This document shows, piece by piece, positions 20,818-30,801 of a stretch of 64,000 nt of DNA. The position numbers were made by a program, and so were the translations under genes. This stretch comes from a virus: the IMG/VR virus record IMGVR_UViG_3300020202_000063, positions 1 through 64,000 of that record; one strand, written 5' to 3'. The notes below the pieces were generated by a model. It had not been told where the DNA came from, did not search any database, and saw only the letters and a program-made list of their open reading frames with translations. Positions within the stretch are counted from its first letter, which is position 1. Every line of letters starts with the position of its first letter.

Positions 20818-21627
20818 ATGGTTAATGTTTTTCTACATGGTATGCTCGGACGCAAGTTCGGCAAGGAATGGAGGGGTATTCACGCTAGTAATGCGTCTGA
20901 AGCTCTCCACGCGATTGATATTAATACGAAAGGGTTGTTTCGCCAGTATCTAGCCCAACATCCTCAAAGGCAGTATAAAATCAAGATTGGTGAAAGATTT
21001 GTTGAGGAAGATGTAGAAGTAACAGGTCCATCGGGAAATCAAGATATTCATCTGACACCCGTAGTTAAGGGTAGAAACAGTGGGTGGGGTAAGATTTTTG
21101 CGGCCATTGCAATTGTTGCATTGATGTGGTGGAATCCCGGTGGTTGGGCGGCTGCGGGTGGTATGTTTCAGTTGAGTGGTAGTCTTACCGCCGCAGGAAC
21201 AATTGCCGCATCAGCCTCCGCCGCATTATTTATTGGTGGTGTTTCACAATTATTAGCGCCCAAAGTTAATTTTGATGGTCCGAAAGACCAGAGACGCGCC
21301 AATTCATTTACTTTCGGTGGCAATGTAGATGCGGTACGACAAGGCCACCCGGTTCCAGTTGCTTATGGTAGAGTGCTAATAAATCCACTTCCAATTAGTA
21401 TATCGTTCTTCCATGAAGATTACACTGCGGGTGGCATTGCGACTCCTCCGGATGTAACTTCTACCACAGACGAAAATTATACATCTTCTACCACGGCGGC
21501 ACCGCCAAACAATCCGGTTGGACAGCTTGTTTCTGTTTCTGCTAACACCCCTCAATATTTTGGTAAATACACCGATACGCGTGGCACAACAACTCTTCCG
21601 CCTAGTGAAGTTCGAAATGAAATATGA
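20818..21627 (+). CDS. Tail assembly protein I-like
   Basis: VFLHGMLGRKFG..QGHPVPVAYGR. Confidence 0.9.
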   Translation: MVNVFLHGMLGRKFGKEWRGIHASNASEALHAIDINTKGLFRQYLAQHPQRQYKIKIGERFVEEDVEVTGPSGNQDIHLTPVVKGRNSGWGKIFAAIAIVALMWWNPGGWAAAGGMFQLSGSLTAAGTIAASASAALFIGGVSQLLAPKVNFDGPKDQRRANSFTFGGNVDAVRQGHPVPVAYGRVLINPLPISISFFHEDYTAGGIATPPDVTSTTDENYTSSTTAAPPNNPVGQLVSVSANTPQYFGKYTDTRGTTTLPPSEVRNEI

Positions 21628-24600
21628 AAGAAGAACTAGATAATCTAGTATCAAAGGCGAAGATTAGAATTTTGGACGCGCTCTGCGAAGGTCCAATCAA
21701 GGGGTTCGTATCTGGTAATGATAATTACGGCCCGATGAAATCGACGTTCCTCAACGATACCGTGTTGATGAACGCTAATAATACCTTTAACTTCAATGTT
21801 AGTGGCGATAACATATTTCAATTTGCGCTAGGTGAAAGCGGTCAGGCCGCGCTGCCCGAATTTGGTCGCGTTGAGACGTTCCTCCCCTTAAGTTCAAACA
21901 CCGAAGTAAAACAACTTCGTAAAAATCCTACGTCTGATAGCGATTATAAAGATGTTGTGGTTTCCTTTAATAATCGCACGTATCCGGACGCTGGCACTGC
22001 CCGTATCACTGTTCGCGTCCCACAATTGTTAACTCAAGTTGACCCAACACGCGAGAACAAGTTGCAGGAACCAATGATTCAGGGTTATCAACTCAAGTAT
22101 AAGATTGAGTGTTCCCTAAATGGCGGCGCGTACACCCAAATTGGTAATGAGATAACTATTTTTGGTAAAACTACTTCAGGATATTCAAAAACAATCGAAG
22201 TTCCACTTCCTTCTGATGGGTCCAATTTCCTAAGTTGGAAATTACGCATTCGTAGAACAACCGAGAATATTTCGACGCTCAAGATTGCAAACACCCTTCT
22301 TGTCGATGCGGTATCCATCATTTCGACCAATGAGTACAAATATCCCAATACCGTTCTTGTTGGTATGGAATTTGACTCTGAACGTCTTGGTGGTAGCATA
22401 CCTTCTCGCGCATATGAAATTTATGGTCTGAAGGTTAAAATTCCTAGCAACTACAATCCAGATACCCGAACATACACTGGTATTTGGTTGGGTGACTTTA
22501 AAGCGCCGACTGCCCAAGGTTCAAATATCATCACGAACGGCGGCTTCACAACTAACACCGCTGGTTGGACTGCATACAGGAGTTCACTCACCCGTTCTAC
22601 ATCTTCGCCTCCCGGTTCAACAACCGCATATGGTGTTGTTACTGTTGACATTCCGGCGGCAGAAGATAAGACGTATTTCTCAATATATCAATCTCCTTCT
22701 GCGCCACAATCCACGGTATATATCGTCAAGGGATACTATAAAGTAAGTAATTCTGCGCTTAACTTCAAGATTGGTATCAACAATACAACCGTTGCGGAAT
22801 ACACCACCATCGGCAATTCGACTGATTGGCAAGCATTTGAAACTCGAATTATTTCCGCTGGTTATAGCGATGGCGGTAATAATTGGGTCGAATTTGTGGC
22901 GCAGCGTTCCGGCGAATGTCTTACAGGTGACTCTTTCTCCATTACTGATGTTCAGGTAATGACGCCAGCGGACGACGGAAAACAGTACACGAACAATCCA
23001 GCTTGGGTGTTCTATGATATTTGTACAAATACCCGTTACGGACTTGGTAATTACATTCGTCCAGAGTGGATTGACAAGTGGACACTTTACCAAATCGGTC
23101 AATACTGCGACGAAATGGTTGATGATGGTCAGGGTGGACAAGAACCTCGATTTACGTGTAACGTCGTTATAACTCAACAAGAAGACGCGTATAAGGTACT
23201 ATTGAACTTGGTAAGTATATTCCGTGGCATGTTGTACTTTGCCAATGGTAGACTCTTCCCAATTCAAGATGCATTAAAGACGTATACAGCGCAATTTACG
23301 AATGCGAACGTTATAGATGGCGTATTTAATTATGGAAGTTCCTCGAAACGTACTCGTCATACGGTTGCACTTGTCAAATGGAATGACCCAAAGAACTCTT
23401 ATCGTGAGACGGCTGAAGTTGTAGAAGATACAGACGGCGTAACAAAGTTCGGATATCAGGTGTTGGAAATGTCCGCATTTGGTTGTACGTCACAAGGTCA
23501 GGCTTATCGTGCCGGTAAATGGGCGCTTGTATCCGAAGCTTTAGAAACTGAAACGGTTACGTTTAAAACCGCTTTAGAGGGCACCTATCTAAGACCGGGC
23601 GATATTTTCCAAGTTTACGATAATGCACGCTACAATCTAAACCAAGGTGGTCGATTGTTAAATGTTTACAGCCCAACTAACGTTGTACTTGATAGGGATG
23701 TTGAAATCCAAGCTGGTTATATTTACGATTTAACGGTTACAACGCCCCGTTTCTATCTTGAGGCAACTGGCGAAATCACAGGTTCGGACCAGATTGGAGC
23801 CATTCGTAACAGTCAGGTTGTCACATCACGTCTCGCCACAACTTCATATACTGGTAGAGATATCACTGTTTCATCGAGTTTGGGTAGTGAAATAGGACCG
23901 GGTTCCATTTGGACACTCTCGTTAGTAAGCGGCAACGCAAGTGCAACAGTACGCCCGAAGCAATATCGTTGCTTGGCTACGGCAGAATACAAACCATTTG
24001 AGATTGAAGTATTAGGACTTGAATATTCAACTGGTAAATTTGGTTTGATTGAAACTGGATTCTCAGTTATCAATAATCAGGTTTATGAAAATGCCGCCGA
24101 AGCGCCCCCTGTACCGGGTGGGTTCTCGGATGGTACTTATCAAAGACTTGGTGTTAACTATATTGTCGATACAGAACAGAATTTCGTTCGTGAGTATCTG
24201 GAATTAGATTGGTTCCCAGTTGAATCGCCTATCCTAAAGTTTTATCGCGTTCGCGTGACGCCTCCGGGTGGTAGTCCGCAGATTATCGCGGAAACTATGT
24301 CGGACGTTTTTGCGTATGCTTTGAGCGGTTGCCGCCCCGCTGGTTTCTATCAATTCTCTGTAACGTCAGTTGGTAAAGCTCTGACCGAATCCGCCGCACT
24401 GACAGGTGGATATCTGGTCGGAACAAATGATGGTATTAAATCCCTAACGTATAATACTTCCACTCCAATCACTGGTGTTTATGGTACACCTATTGATAGC
24501 GAATGGTTACTTTCTGGGTTTGAAACGCGCGCGCCAACTTTACATATCTTACGTAATACTGGCGAATTTGATGGTAATGACCCAAGATTCTTCTATATAA

Positions 24601-26486
24601 CTGGTTACGAATTCCAGCTAACGGAAGTAAATGCGCCAAATACGGTATTACTTGACCTTGGTAAGCATGCTTCTGAAACGGTACGGCTGTCGTCTGCCAA
24701 CATAAATTCGATTGCGAATCGACGTGCTTTTGGTGTCAAAGTTACGCCGCTATCATGTATTGAATCCGGTGGTAATGGATTTGGCGCGTTCACCCAAACC
24801 ATGACAAACAAGCCGCCACTTCAGGCAGCGAACGCAACATTTACAAATGGTGGTGGGGGCGTTAATTTTAATATCGGTCCTAACGCACACGATACGGATG
24901 TGAGTGGTGTATATCTTTGGAGTGCGCTTACTACAGCTTCTTTTACGCCATCTTTTGGTAATCAAACACTGATTAGTGATAATCTTGCTGGAACTCACTC
25001 TCTTTCCGCTACGGGTGCCTATAATTTCTGGTATTCACTAATTGACTCTTACTGGACTGGTGGCTGCGTAATTTATGGACCTTCTACCGTTAACTATGTC
25101 GGTGTTGCCGCCAATAGTGTGGCACCGGGTTCGATTGACTATACGTCTTTCGTAAGTGGTGTTGAACCAATCAGAGTTGTTAGTGCGCTACCCGCTACAT
25201 GTACTGTTGGGCAAATAGTATTACTTTCTACCGATAGAAAACTTTATCGTTGTACTGGTAATGCATGGACGACGGTTGTTGATAATGCCGATATTGCTGC
25301 TGCCGCTATTACGACCGATAAGATTCTAGATGGGGCTGTGTCAGAATTGAAGGTTGCAAATTCTGCAATTAGTGCAAACAAACTTGCAACTAATGCGGTT
25401 ACAGCCGATAAAATTACGGCAAATGCGGTTATATCTGATAAAATTGCTGCAAATGCAATTGTGGCCGGTAAAATCGCGGCGTTAGCAGTTACCGCAGGTA
25501 CGATTGCGGCCCGAGCAATCACTGGTCAAAATATCGCCTTCGGTACACTTCGTGGTGAAAACATAGCCGCTAATACAATTACTGGTAATAACCTTGTTAT
25601 CGGTACGATTGAGGGTGGTTTTATTGCCGCCGATGCAATTTCCGGTAATCATATCCGTGCTGGTCAGATAACGGCGAATAAATTGAGCGTTACTCAACTT
25701 TCCGCTATAACCGCCGATATGGGAACAGTAACGGCAGGTACATATCTTACTAATTCGACCGCATCAAATCAACTAAAACTAAATTCTGCTGGTCTGCAAA
25801 TGGGCGCAGATAGTAATGACAGAATCTCAATTATCTCTGCCCCGTCAGACGGTTCTAATCACAGAGTTCGAGCCTATAATTCTTCTAATAATCTTGTTGC
25901 TGATTTTGGTGTAATACAAATCCTCGGTACAAATGACGGATACTTTGCCTTATTTGATAGCGCTGGCAATGTAATGATTGATATGTATGGCAAAGATGGT
26001 GGTGCTAATTTTACTGGGCCTATCTATACAGAAGGTGATATTAATATCGGTACTGCTTCCGTCAATCGTTGGTTGTACCTTGCGCACGCCAACGCACAAA
26101 TGGTTATTGGTGGCGATACGAATCTATATCGTCAAGCTGCGAATCAGTTAAAGACAGATGATGATTTTTATGCTCTCAGCTTAACAGCAACGTCATCAAG
26201 ACGTTTCAAGAAGAATATTCGACCAATGCAACACGCATTGAAAATCGTTAATATGTTGAGTGGAGTACATTTCGATTGGACAATCCGTGATAGAGATAAC
26301 GATTTCGGCCTTATTGCTGAAGATGTTGCCAATATTCTGCCAACTGCTGTTGGATATGATGAAAGTGGGTATGCTCAAGGTCTTGATTATGGAAGACTTA
26401 CTTCCGTACTTGTGGAAGCGGTTAAGGAATTGACCCTAGAGGTTAAGACATTAAAATCCGAAATATCGGATTTGAAGAATGGATAA
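21624..26486 (+). CDS. Central tail fibre/tip protein J-like with CBM insert, FN3-like domain, repeat shaft and C-terminal S74 chaperone
   Basis: LDALCEGPIKG, NNPAWVFYD, EPRFTCN, GCTSQGQAYRAGKW; SSRRFKKNI..GLIAEDV..LDYGRL. Confidence 0.92.
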   Translation: MKEELDNLVSKAKIRILDALCEGPIKGFVSGNDNYGPMKSTFLNDTVLMNANNTFNFNVSGDNIFQFALGESGQAALPEFGRVETFLPLSSNTEVKQLRKNPTSDSDYKDVVVSFNNRTYPDAGTARITVRVPQLLTQVDPTRENKLQEPMIQGYQLKYKIECSLNGGAYTQIGNEITIFGKTTSGYSKTIEVPLPSDGSNFLSWKLRIRRTTENISTLKIANTLLVDAVSIISTNEYKYPNTVLVGMEFDSERLGGSIPSRAYEIYGLKVKIPSNYNPDTRTYTGIWLGDFKAPTAQGSNIITNGGFTTNTAGWTAYRSSLTRSTSSPPGSTTAYGVVTVDIPAAEDKTYFSIYQSPSAPQSTVYIVKGYYKVSNSALNFKIGINNTTVAEYTTIGNSTDWQAFETRIISAGYSDGGNNWVEFVAQRSGECLTGDSFSITDVQVMTPADDGKQYTNNPAWVFYDICTNTRYGLGNYIRPEWIDKWTLYQIGQYCDEMVDDGQGGQEPRFTCNVVITQQEDAYKVLLNLVSIFRGMLYFANGRLFPIQDALKTYTAQFTNANVIDGVFNYGSSSKRTRHTVALVKWNDPKNSYRETAEVVEDTDGVTKFGYQVLEMSAFGCTSQGQAYRAGKWALVSEALETETVTFKTALEGTYLRPGDIFQVYDNARYNLNQGGRLLNVYSPTNVVLDRDVEIQAGYIYDLTVTTPRFYLEATGEITGSDQIGAIRNSQVVTSRLATTSYTGRDITVSSSLGSEIGPGSIWTLSLVSGNASATVRPKQYRCLATAEYKPFEIEVLGLEYSTGKFGLIETGFSVINNQVYENAAEAPPVPGGFSDGTYQRLGVNYIVDTEQNFVREYLELDWFPVESPILKFYRVRVTPPGGSPQIIAETMSDVFAYALSGCRPAGFYQFSVTSVGKALTESAALTGGYLVGTNDGIKSLTYNTSTPITGVYGTPIDSEWLLSGFETRAPTLHILRNTGEFDGNDPRFFYITGYEFQLTEVNAPNTVLLDLGKHASETVRLSSANINSIANRRAFGVKVTPLSCIESGGNGFGAFTQTMTNKPPLQAANATFTNGGGGVNFNIGPNAHDTDVSGVYLWSALTTASFTPSFGNQTLISDNLAGTHSLSATGAYNFWYSLIDSYWTGGCVIYGPSTVNYVGVAANSVAPGSIDYTSFVSGVEPIRVVSALPATCTVGQIVLLSTDRKLYRCTGNAWTTVVDNADIAAAAITTDKILDGAVSELKVANSAISANKLATNAVTADKITANAVISDKIAANAIVAGKIAALAVTAGTIAARAITGQNIAFGTLRGENIAANTITGNNLVIGTIEGGFIAADAISGNHIRAGQITANKLSVTQLSAITADMGTVTAGTYLTNSTASNQLKLNSAGLQMGADSNDRISIISAPSDGSNHRVRAYNSSNNLVADFGVIQILGTNDGYFALFDSAGNVMIDMYGKDGGANFTGPIYTEGDINIGTASVNRWLYLAHANAQMVIGGDTNLYRQAANQLKTDDDFYALSLTATSSRRFKKNIRPMQHALKIVNMLSGVHFDWTIRDRDNDFGLIAEDVANILPTAVGYDESGYAQGLDYGRLTSVLVEAVKELTLEVKTLKSEISDLKNG
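25290..25740 (+). repeat. ~10-aa protein repeats (AITADKI-type) in the fibre shaft
   Basis: AITTDKI, AVTADKI, AVISDKI, AIVAGKI, AITGQNI; bounds approximate. Confidence 0.8.
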
Positions 26487-26488
26487 AC

Positions 26489-27565
26489 GTGGCCTCTGGT
26501 ATTCATATAATGGTTGGTGGTGTAAGAACGGATTTAGATTCCGTTTTTGCACCCATTGAATCATCCACCCCAACGAGTACGACTACTGGATTCAAAACTT
26601 CTGGTGGTAGCGATATTCGTCTACGATATTACGCTGCAACCGGGGGCGATACTCGCGCTAGTAATACTGGATTAAAATATTGGAATGGAGGAAGTTATGT
26701 AGATTTAAAAAATCTTTTTCGCGATTTTAATTTCAGTGGCGCTCCAACAATCACAACACAACCAAGTCCAGCGACAGTGGACGAAACAGAGTCTACAACT
26801 CTTACTGTTGTCGCGGCTGGTGCTTCACCACTAAGCTACCAATGGAAGAAGAACGGTAGCAATATTTCAAACGGTGGTCATTATTCCGGCGCTACAACAG
26901 CATCTCTCACCATTTCTAGCGCGGACGAAAATGATGATGCTAATTATAAATGTACCGTATCTAATGCACACGGAACAATTGATAGTAGCGAGGTTCATGT
27001 AACTGTCATCCTAATTCCAGTTATTAACAATGGTGCGGTTGGGGGTGGCGAATTTAACGTCGAAGGTGGCCCATATTCCTTCAACGAGGGTGATGGTCCC
27101 GTACTTAAGGTTACAACCTCTCGTGGTCAAAATCTAAGTTATCAATGGAAATTGAATGGAAGTAATGTTGGTAGTAATAGTTCTACCCACGCAATTACAG
27201 TCGGACCATCAACGGATGGAACATATACCTGTGTAGTATCCAATACTGCTGGAAGTGATACATCTTCAAATTGTGTGATTAGCATTATTGCTCCGGTTAT
27301 CGATGATGCCAATAGTACCGTCAAGACTGGTGGAATTACATATGACTTTAATGATGGCGAAAGTGTTGCGGACTTCCACGTTTCCACATCGGCGGGCACA
27401 AATCTTTCATACGTATGGACAAAGGACGGAGTTAATCTTGGAATCAATAGCGCCCAAGGTCCAGTATACAACCCGGCGACTACTGCCGATTCCGGCTATT
27501 ATGAAGTGACTGTATCTAACAACGGCGGAAGTGCTATTGCCTCCGCTCAAATGAATGTAACATGA
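26489..27565 (+). CDS. Tail-tip/adhesin protein with three Ig-like domains
   Basis: PTITTQP..LSYQWKKNG..D.ANYKCTVSN repeated three times; GTG start. Confidence 0.85.
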   Translation: MASGIHIMVGGVRTDLDSVFAPIESSTPTSTTTGFKTSGGSDIRLRYYAATGGDTRASNTGLKYWNGGSYVDLKNLFRDFNFSGAPTITTQPSPATVDETESTTLTVVAAGASPLSYQWKKNGSNISNGGHYSGATTASLTISSADENDDANYKCTVSNAHGTIDSSEVHVTVILIPVINNGAVGGGEFNVEGGPYSFNEGDGPVLKVTTSRGQNLSYQWKLNGSNVGSNSSTHAITVGPSTDGTYTCVVSNTAGSDTSSNCVISIIAPVIDDANSTVKTGGITYDFNDGESVADFHVSTSAGTNLSYVWTKDGVNLGINSAQGPVYNPATTADSGYYEVTVSNNGGSAIASAQMNVT

Positions 27566-28584
27566 AATTAAAACCTATCCTACTAATTTTTATCACTCTG
27601 TTTTTCTTATCTGGATGTACTCTCTTTGATTTTGTAGCGACGAAAACTGGTTACGATAAGAAAGAAAAGGTAGAGTTGCGCATCAAGGATTTGAAAGACG
27701 AGCGTGAGGAAGCGTTGAGAAAACAAGCTATAGAAATTAATAAAGCAAAAGATGATTATTACAAACAACTTCGTGAAAATTTTCAAAATACAATAAATTG
27801 GACATATGGTGCGACCCTAGCCTCAAGTCTCAAAACGAATAAAACGCGGCTAGATAACATTTTAGATTACCGATTGACAACTGCCCTTTCTTTCGGCCCT
27901 GCTCCGACACCCGAAGCGATTATTTATCAAAATAAATTACTTCGTGAAGAATTGGACGAGAGAAAAGTTACCGACGAAGCGCTTGCAAAGCGATACGAGG
28001 AAAAGGAAAAGGAAGCACAGGCTGCGCGCGTCTCGGAAGCTGCAAAAAGTGAGCGAGTTAAAGCCTTAGAAGAGAAGATTCCAGAAATAGAGCGAAAATA
28101 TGCTAAGGAAATTGATGACCAATATGAAGCTTTGAATAAAATAAACGGGGATTTAATAGCACTTAAAACGAGGGAAGCTGAACGCATGGCAGACGAGAAT
28201 AGTCTTAAAAAATATTTGATAGGCATACTATGCGTCGGCGCGGCTGGTGCCGCCATCGGAGCATATTTTATGCGCTCGTTAACCCTTGCCGTGGTTGCCA
28301 TTTTTATAGGTGGAGCCGCCATCGCCGTCCCATTTATTAAACCTTGGATGATAATAACTGCTATTGGTGCGGTTATAATAGTTGCTGGTTTCATCGCTTA
28401 TAAACAACTATACGAAGAAAAGATTATATCTAATGGGGCAATTGGAACTATCCAAGAACGTCGCAATGAAGCAGAAGATGATTATCAGCAAAACCTTAAG
28501 CCGAAACTCAAAGATTGGTTCAAAGATGCTCCAAAACTACATAAAAAGGTGGAAGACCGCCTAAAAGAGTTAAATTTAAAGTAA
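27562..28584 (+). CDS. Lipoprotein, coiled coil + C-terminal TM helices (spanin-like)
   Basis: Lipobox LSGC at 16-19; charged helical region; three hydrophobic segments. Confidence 0.6.
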   Translation: MKLKPILLIFITLFFLSGCTLFDFVATKTGYDKKEKVELRIKDLKDEREEALRKQAIEINKAKDDYYKQLRENFQNTINWTYGATLASSLKTNKTRLDNILDYRLTTALSFGPAPTPEAIIYQNKLLREELDERKVTDEALAKRYEEKEKEAQAARVSEAAKSERVKALEEKIPEIERKYAKEIDDQYEALNKINGDLIALKTREAERMADENSLKKYLIGILCVGAAGAAIGAYFMRSLTLAVVAIFIGGAAIAVPFIKPWMIITAIGAVIIVAGFIAYKQLYEEKIISNGAIGTIQERRNEAEDDYQQNLKPKLKDWFKDAPKLHKKVEDRLKELNLK

Positions 28585-28589
28585 ATTGA

Positions 28590-28619
28590 TTGCATAAAAA
28601 GTGTAATCGCGAATATCAT
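28590..28619 (+). promoter_or_regulatory. Sigma70-like promoter with embedded GTGTAA (28601-28606)
   Basis: TTGCAT-N18-TATCAT. Confidence 0.55.
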
Positions 28620-28635
28620 ATAATGAAAGGTAACA

Positions 28636-29040
28636 ATGATTAAATATTGCACTCAATGCGGTCACAAACACGAATTCACGTTTAATGCACCCGCCTTTTG
28701 CGAGAGTTGTGGTAACGCCTTTGCTGGTGTTACCCCCGCCACTCGTACCGTTGCAAGTACCCCCGCCAGACCATCAGTTGCACGCCAAATCCAAGAGGAT
28801 ACAGATGATACACCTTTGCCCGATTTATCAAAATTGGACGTAACGGTTGAGATTCATAAAGCACCCCGCATGACGTTAGAGCCAAAGGGTGATTCCATTA
28901 CGGTTGTTGGTGGCGCTGGTATAGGTGGAGAACCACGCCCACGAGGGCAGAAATTCAACCGAGAAGATGTCCAAAGAGAAATCGAACAACAATTCAGAAG
29001 AGAGCGGCAAGAACTCAAAGAAGAGGTCACACCGAGTTAA
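28636..29040 (+). CDS. Zinc-ribbon protein
   Basis: YCTQCG..FCESCG. Confidence 0.8.
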   Translation: MIKYCTQCGHKHEFTFNAPAFCESCGNAFAGVTPATRTVASTPARPSVARQIQEDTDDTPLPDLSKLDVTVEIHKAPRMTLEPKGDSITVVGGAGIGGEPRPRGQKFNREDVQREIEQQFRRERQELKEEVTPS

Positions 29041-29674
29041 GATAGAGACTTTAATCCCCGTCATACAGCGCGAGATTCATAAAAGGCGCAAGAAGTGGAC
29101 GCTTGCATCCGTCTCATTTGAAGACGTTTCTCAAATCGTCCTTATCAGAATTGTAAGTAAATATCACACCTTCGATTCATCAAAGGGTGAGTTTTTACAT
29201 TGGGTTAATCGTGTAATCAGTCATACGATTATAAATATTCTTAGAGATAACTATCTAAAGTATAGCCGCCCTTGTATTTTAGGTTGTATTCATAATACTG
29301 GTGACGACAACTGTTCTCTCACCAAGAATGGCAAGCAATGCGCTCAATGTCCTCTCTATCGCGACTGGGAGAGGTTGAAGAAAGAACAGTTTAATATCAA
29401 TCAACCACTTTCGCTTGAAAATCATATTCAGGAAGTGAATGATGAATTTTATGATATCGAACACGCGAAAGAGAAGTTGAATGTCGAGATGAAGCGTCGC
29501 CTTAAACCATCAGAATGGCGCATTTACGAAATGATGTTTGTCAATCGTAAGGATGATGATATCAAAGAAGATACAATTAAGAGTTACGGTATAAGCTATC
29601 CGCATTTTACCAAACTCCGTACCCTGTTTATCGAAACAGCTAAGAAAATTATCGAAGAGGAATCTTTAGCATGA
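28967..29674 (+). CDS. Phage RNA polymerase sigma factor (sigma70/ECF-like) with Cys-rich insert
   Basis: FEDVSQIVLIRI..FDSSKGEFLHWVNRVISHTIINILRD = region 2; CILGC..C..CAQC insert; start uncertain (ORF open from 28925). Confidence 0.75.
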   Translation: MSKEKSNNNSEESGKNSKKRSHRVKIETLIPVIQREIHKRRKKWTLASVSFEDVSQIVLIRIVSKYHTFDSSKGEFLHWVNRVISHTIINILRDNYLKYSRPCILGCIHNTGDDNCSLTKNGKQCAQCPLYRDWERLKKEQFNINQPLSLENHIQEVNDEFYDIEHAKEKLNVEMKRRLKPSEWRIYEMMFVNRKDDDIKEDTIKSYGISYPHFTKLRTLFIETAKKIIEEESLA

Positions 29675-30801
29675 GTGATGTTCCGCAGACCCCTCCCGCC
29701 GATGACACAATAACCCCCGCACACGAAGAAATAATTCGCAAGCATTTAGAAGGGGTGATGAATGGTACTATCAGTCTTGATGACCTAACCAAGATTGTAT
29801 TTGACGACCAGACGATTGATGGTCGCAGCAAGAAGGGTCGGGCACTTAAGAAGTGGATTGTTGCAAAGGGTCACAAAATTAAGACAAGTAAATATGAACC
29901 AGAAGGTCCATTTGTACTTGCCGACGAACATGTAGAATTCATCACGAATAATATAGATAGCATGCGCCCAATGGAAATTGCGCGCACATTATTTCCCGGT
30001 AAAAAGATTACGCCACTTAACAAGGAATATTTGGCGATATGTACCAAGATTCGGGAGATAAGACCAGAAGCGGTGCCCGAAAGTGATAGAATGGCGGAAG
30101 GTCCATACGAACCACCAAAGTCAATCTATCGGCTGGTTCCACGTATCAACGAATACGTTTCTAAATACAAAATTGAAAATGTAAAGCCCCTTCCTCAAGA
30201 CGAGAAACAGATTTCGGATAGAGATTTAAAATGCTTGAAGAAATTGTTGGGTTATATGAATACCCACACGTTCTTCTTATCTATTAATATTTACGAATTA
30301 GTACATGAACGCGAACTGTTTGAAAGTCGCTTCATTCGATACACTTATGATAAACCGGACCTAACGGAAGAGGAAGTTGACCAATACATCTCGGTTTGTG
30401 ATAAATACGTCGCGCTACATCAAATCCGTAAAAACATCCAAACACTCCAAAAAGAAATCAACATCAACTTGGAGGCGGCAACCGAGGAAAAGAAGAAGGT
30501 TGCCATGTCATATATTGAGTTATTGAATTCATATCGTGCCAAAGAAAAGGACGCGGAAGATGTCCTAGAGCGAACAGTTAAGGCGTTGGTTGGTACACGC
30601 GATAAGAGATTGGCGGGTCAACAGGCAAATAATGCGACCGTTTTGAATCTAGTACAAGCGTGGCAGGATATCGAAAAGCGGCGTGAATTACTCGAACTGG
30701 CAAAACGTCAGCGCGAGGCAGAACAGGATGCAGTTAAACGTCTATCTAACATGGATGCGGTTGTTGCGCTAATTGCTGGATTGTCCAAGGATAACGTATA
30801 A
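29671..30801 (+). CDS. Hypothetical protein, possible terminase small subunit
   Basis: HTH-like N-part, C-terminal coiled coil, two genes before TerL. Confidence 0.4.
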   Translation: MSDVPQTPPADDTITPAHEEIIRKHLEGVMNGTISLDDLTKIVFDDQTIDGRSKKGRALKKWIVAKGHKIKTSKYEPEGPFVLADEHVEFITNNIDSMRPMEIARTLFPGKKITPLNKEYLAICTKIREIRPEAVPESDRMAEGPYEPPKSIYRLVPRINEYVSKYKIENVKPLPQDEKQISDRDLKCLKKLLGYMNTHTFFLSINIYELVHERELFESRFIRYTYDKPDLTEEEVDQYISVCDKYVALHQIRKNIQTLQKEININLEAATEEKKKVAMSYIELLNSYRAKEKDAEDVLERTVKALVGTRDKRLAGQQANNATVLNLVQAWQDIEKRRELLELAKRQREAEQDAVKRLSNMDAVVALIAGLSKDNV

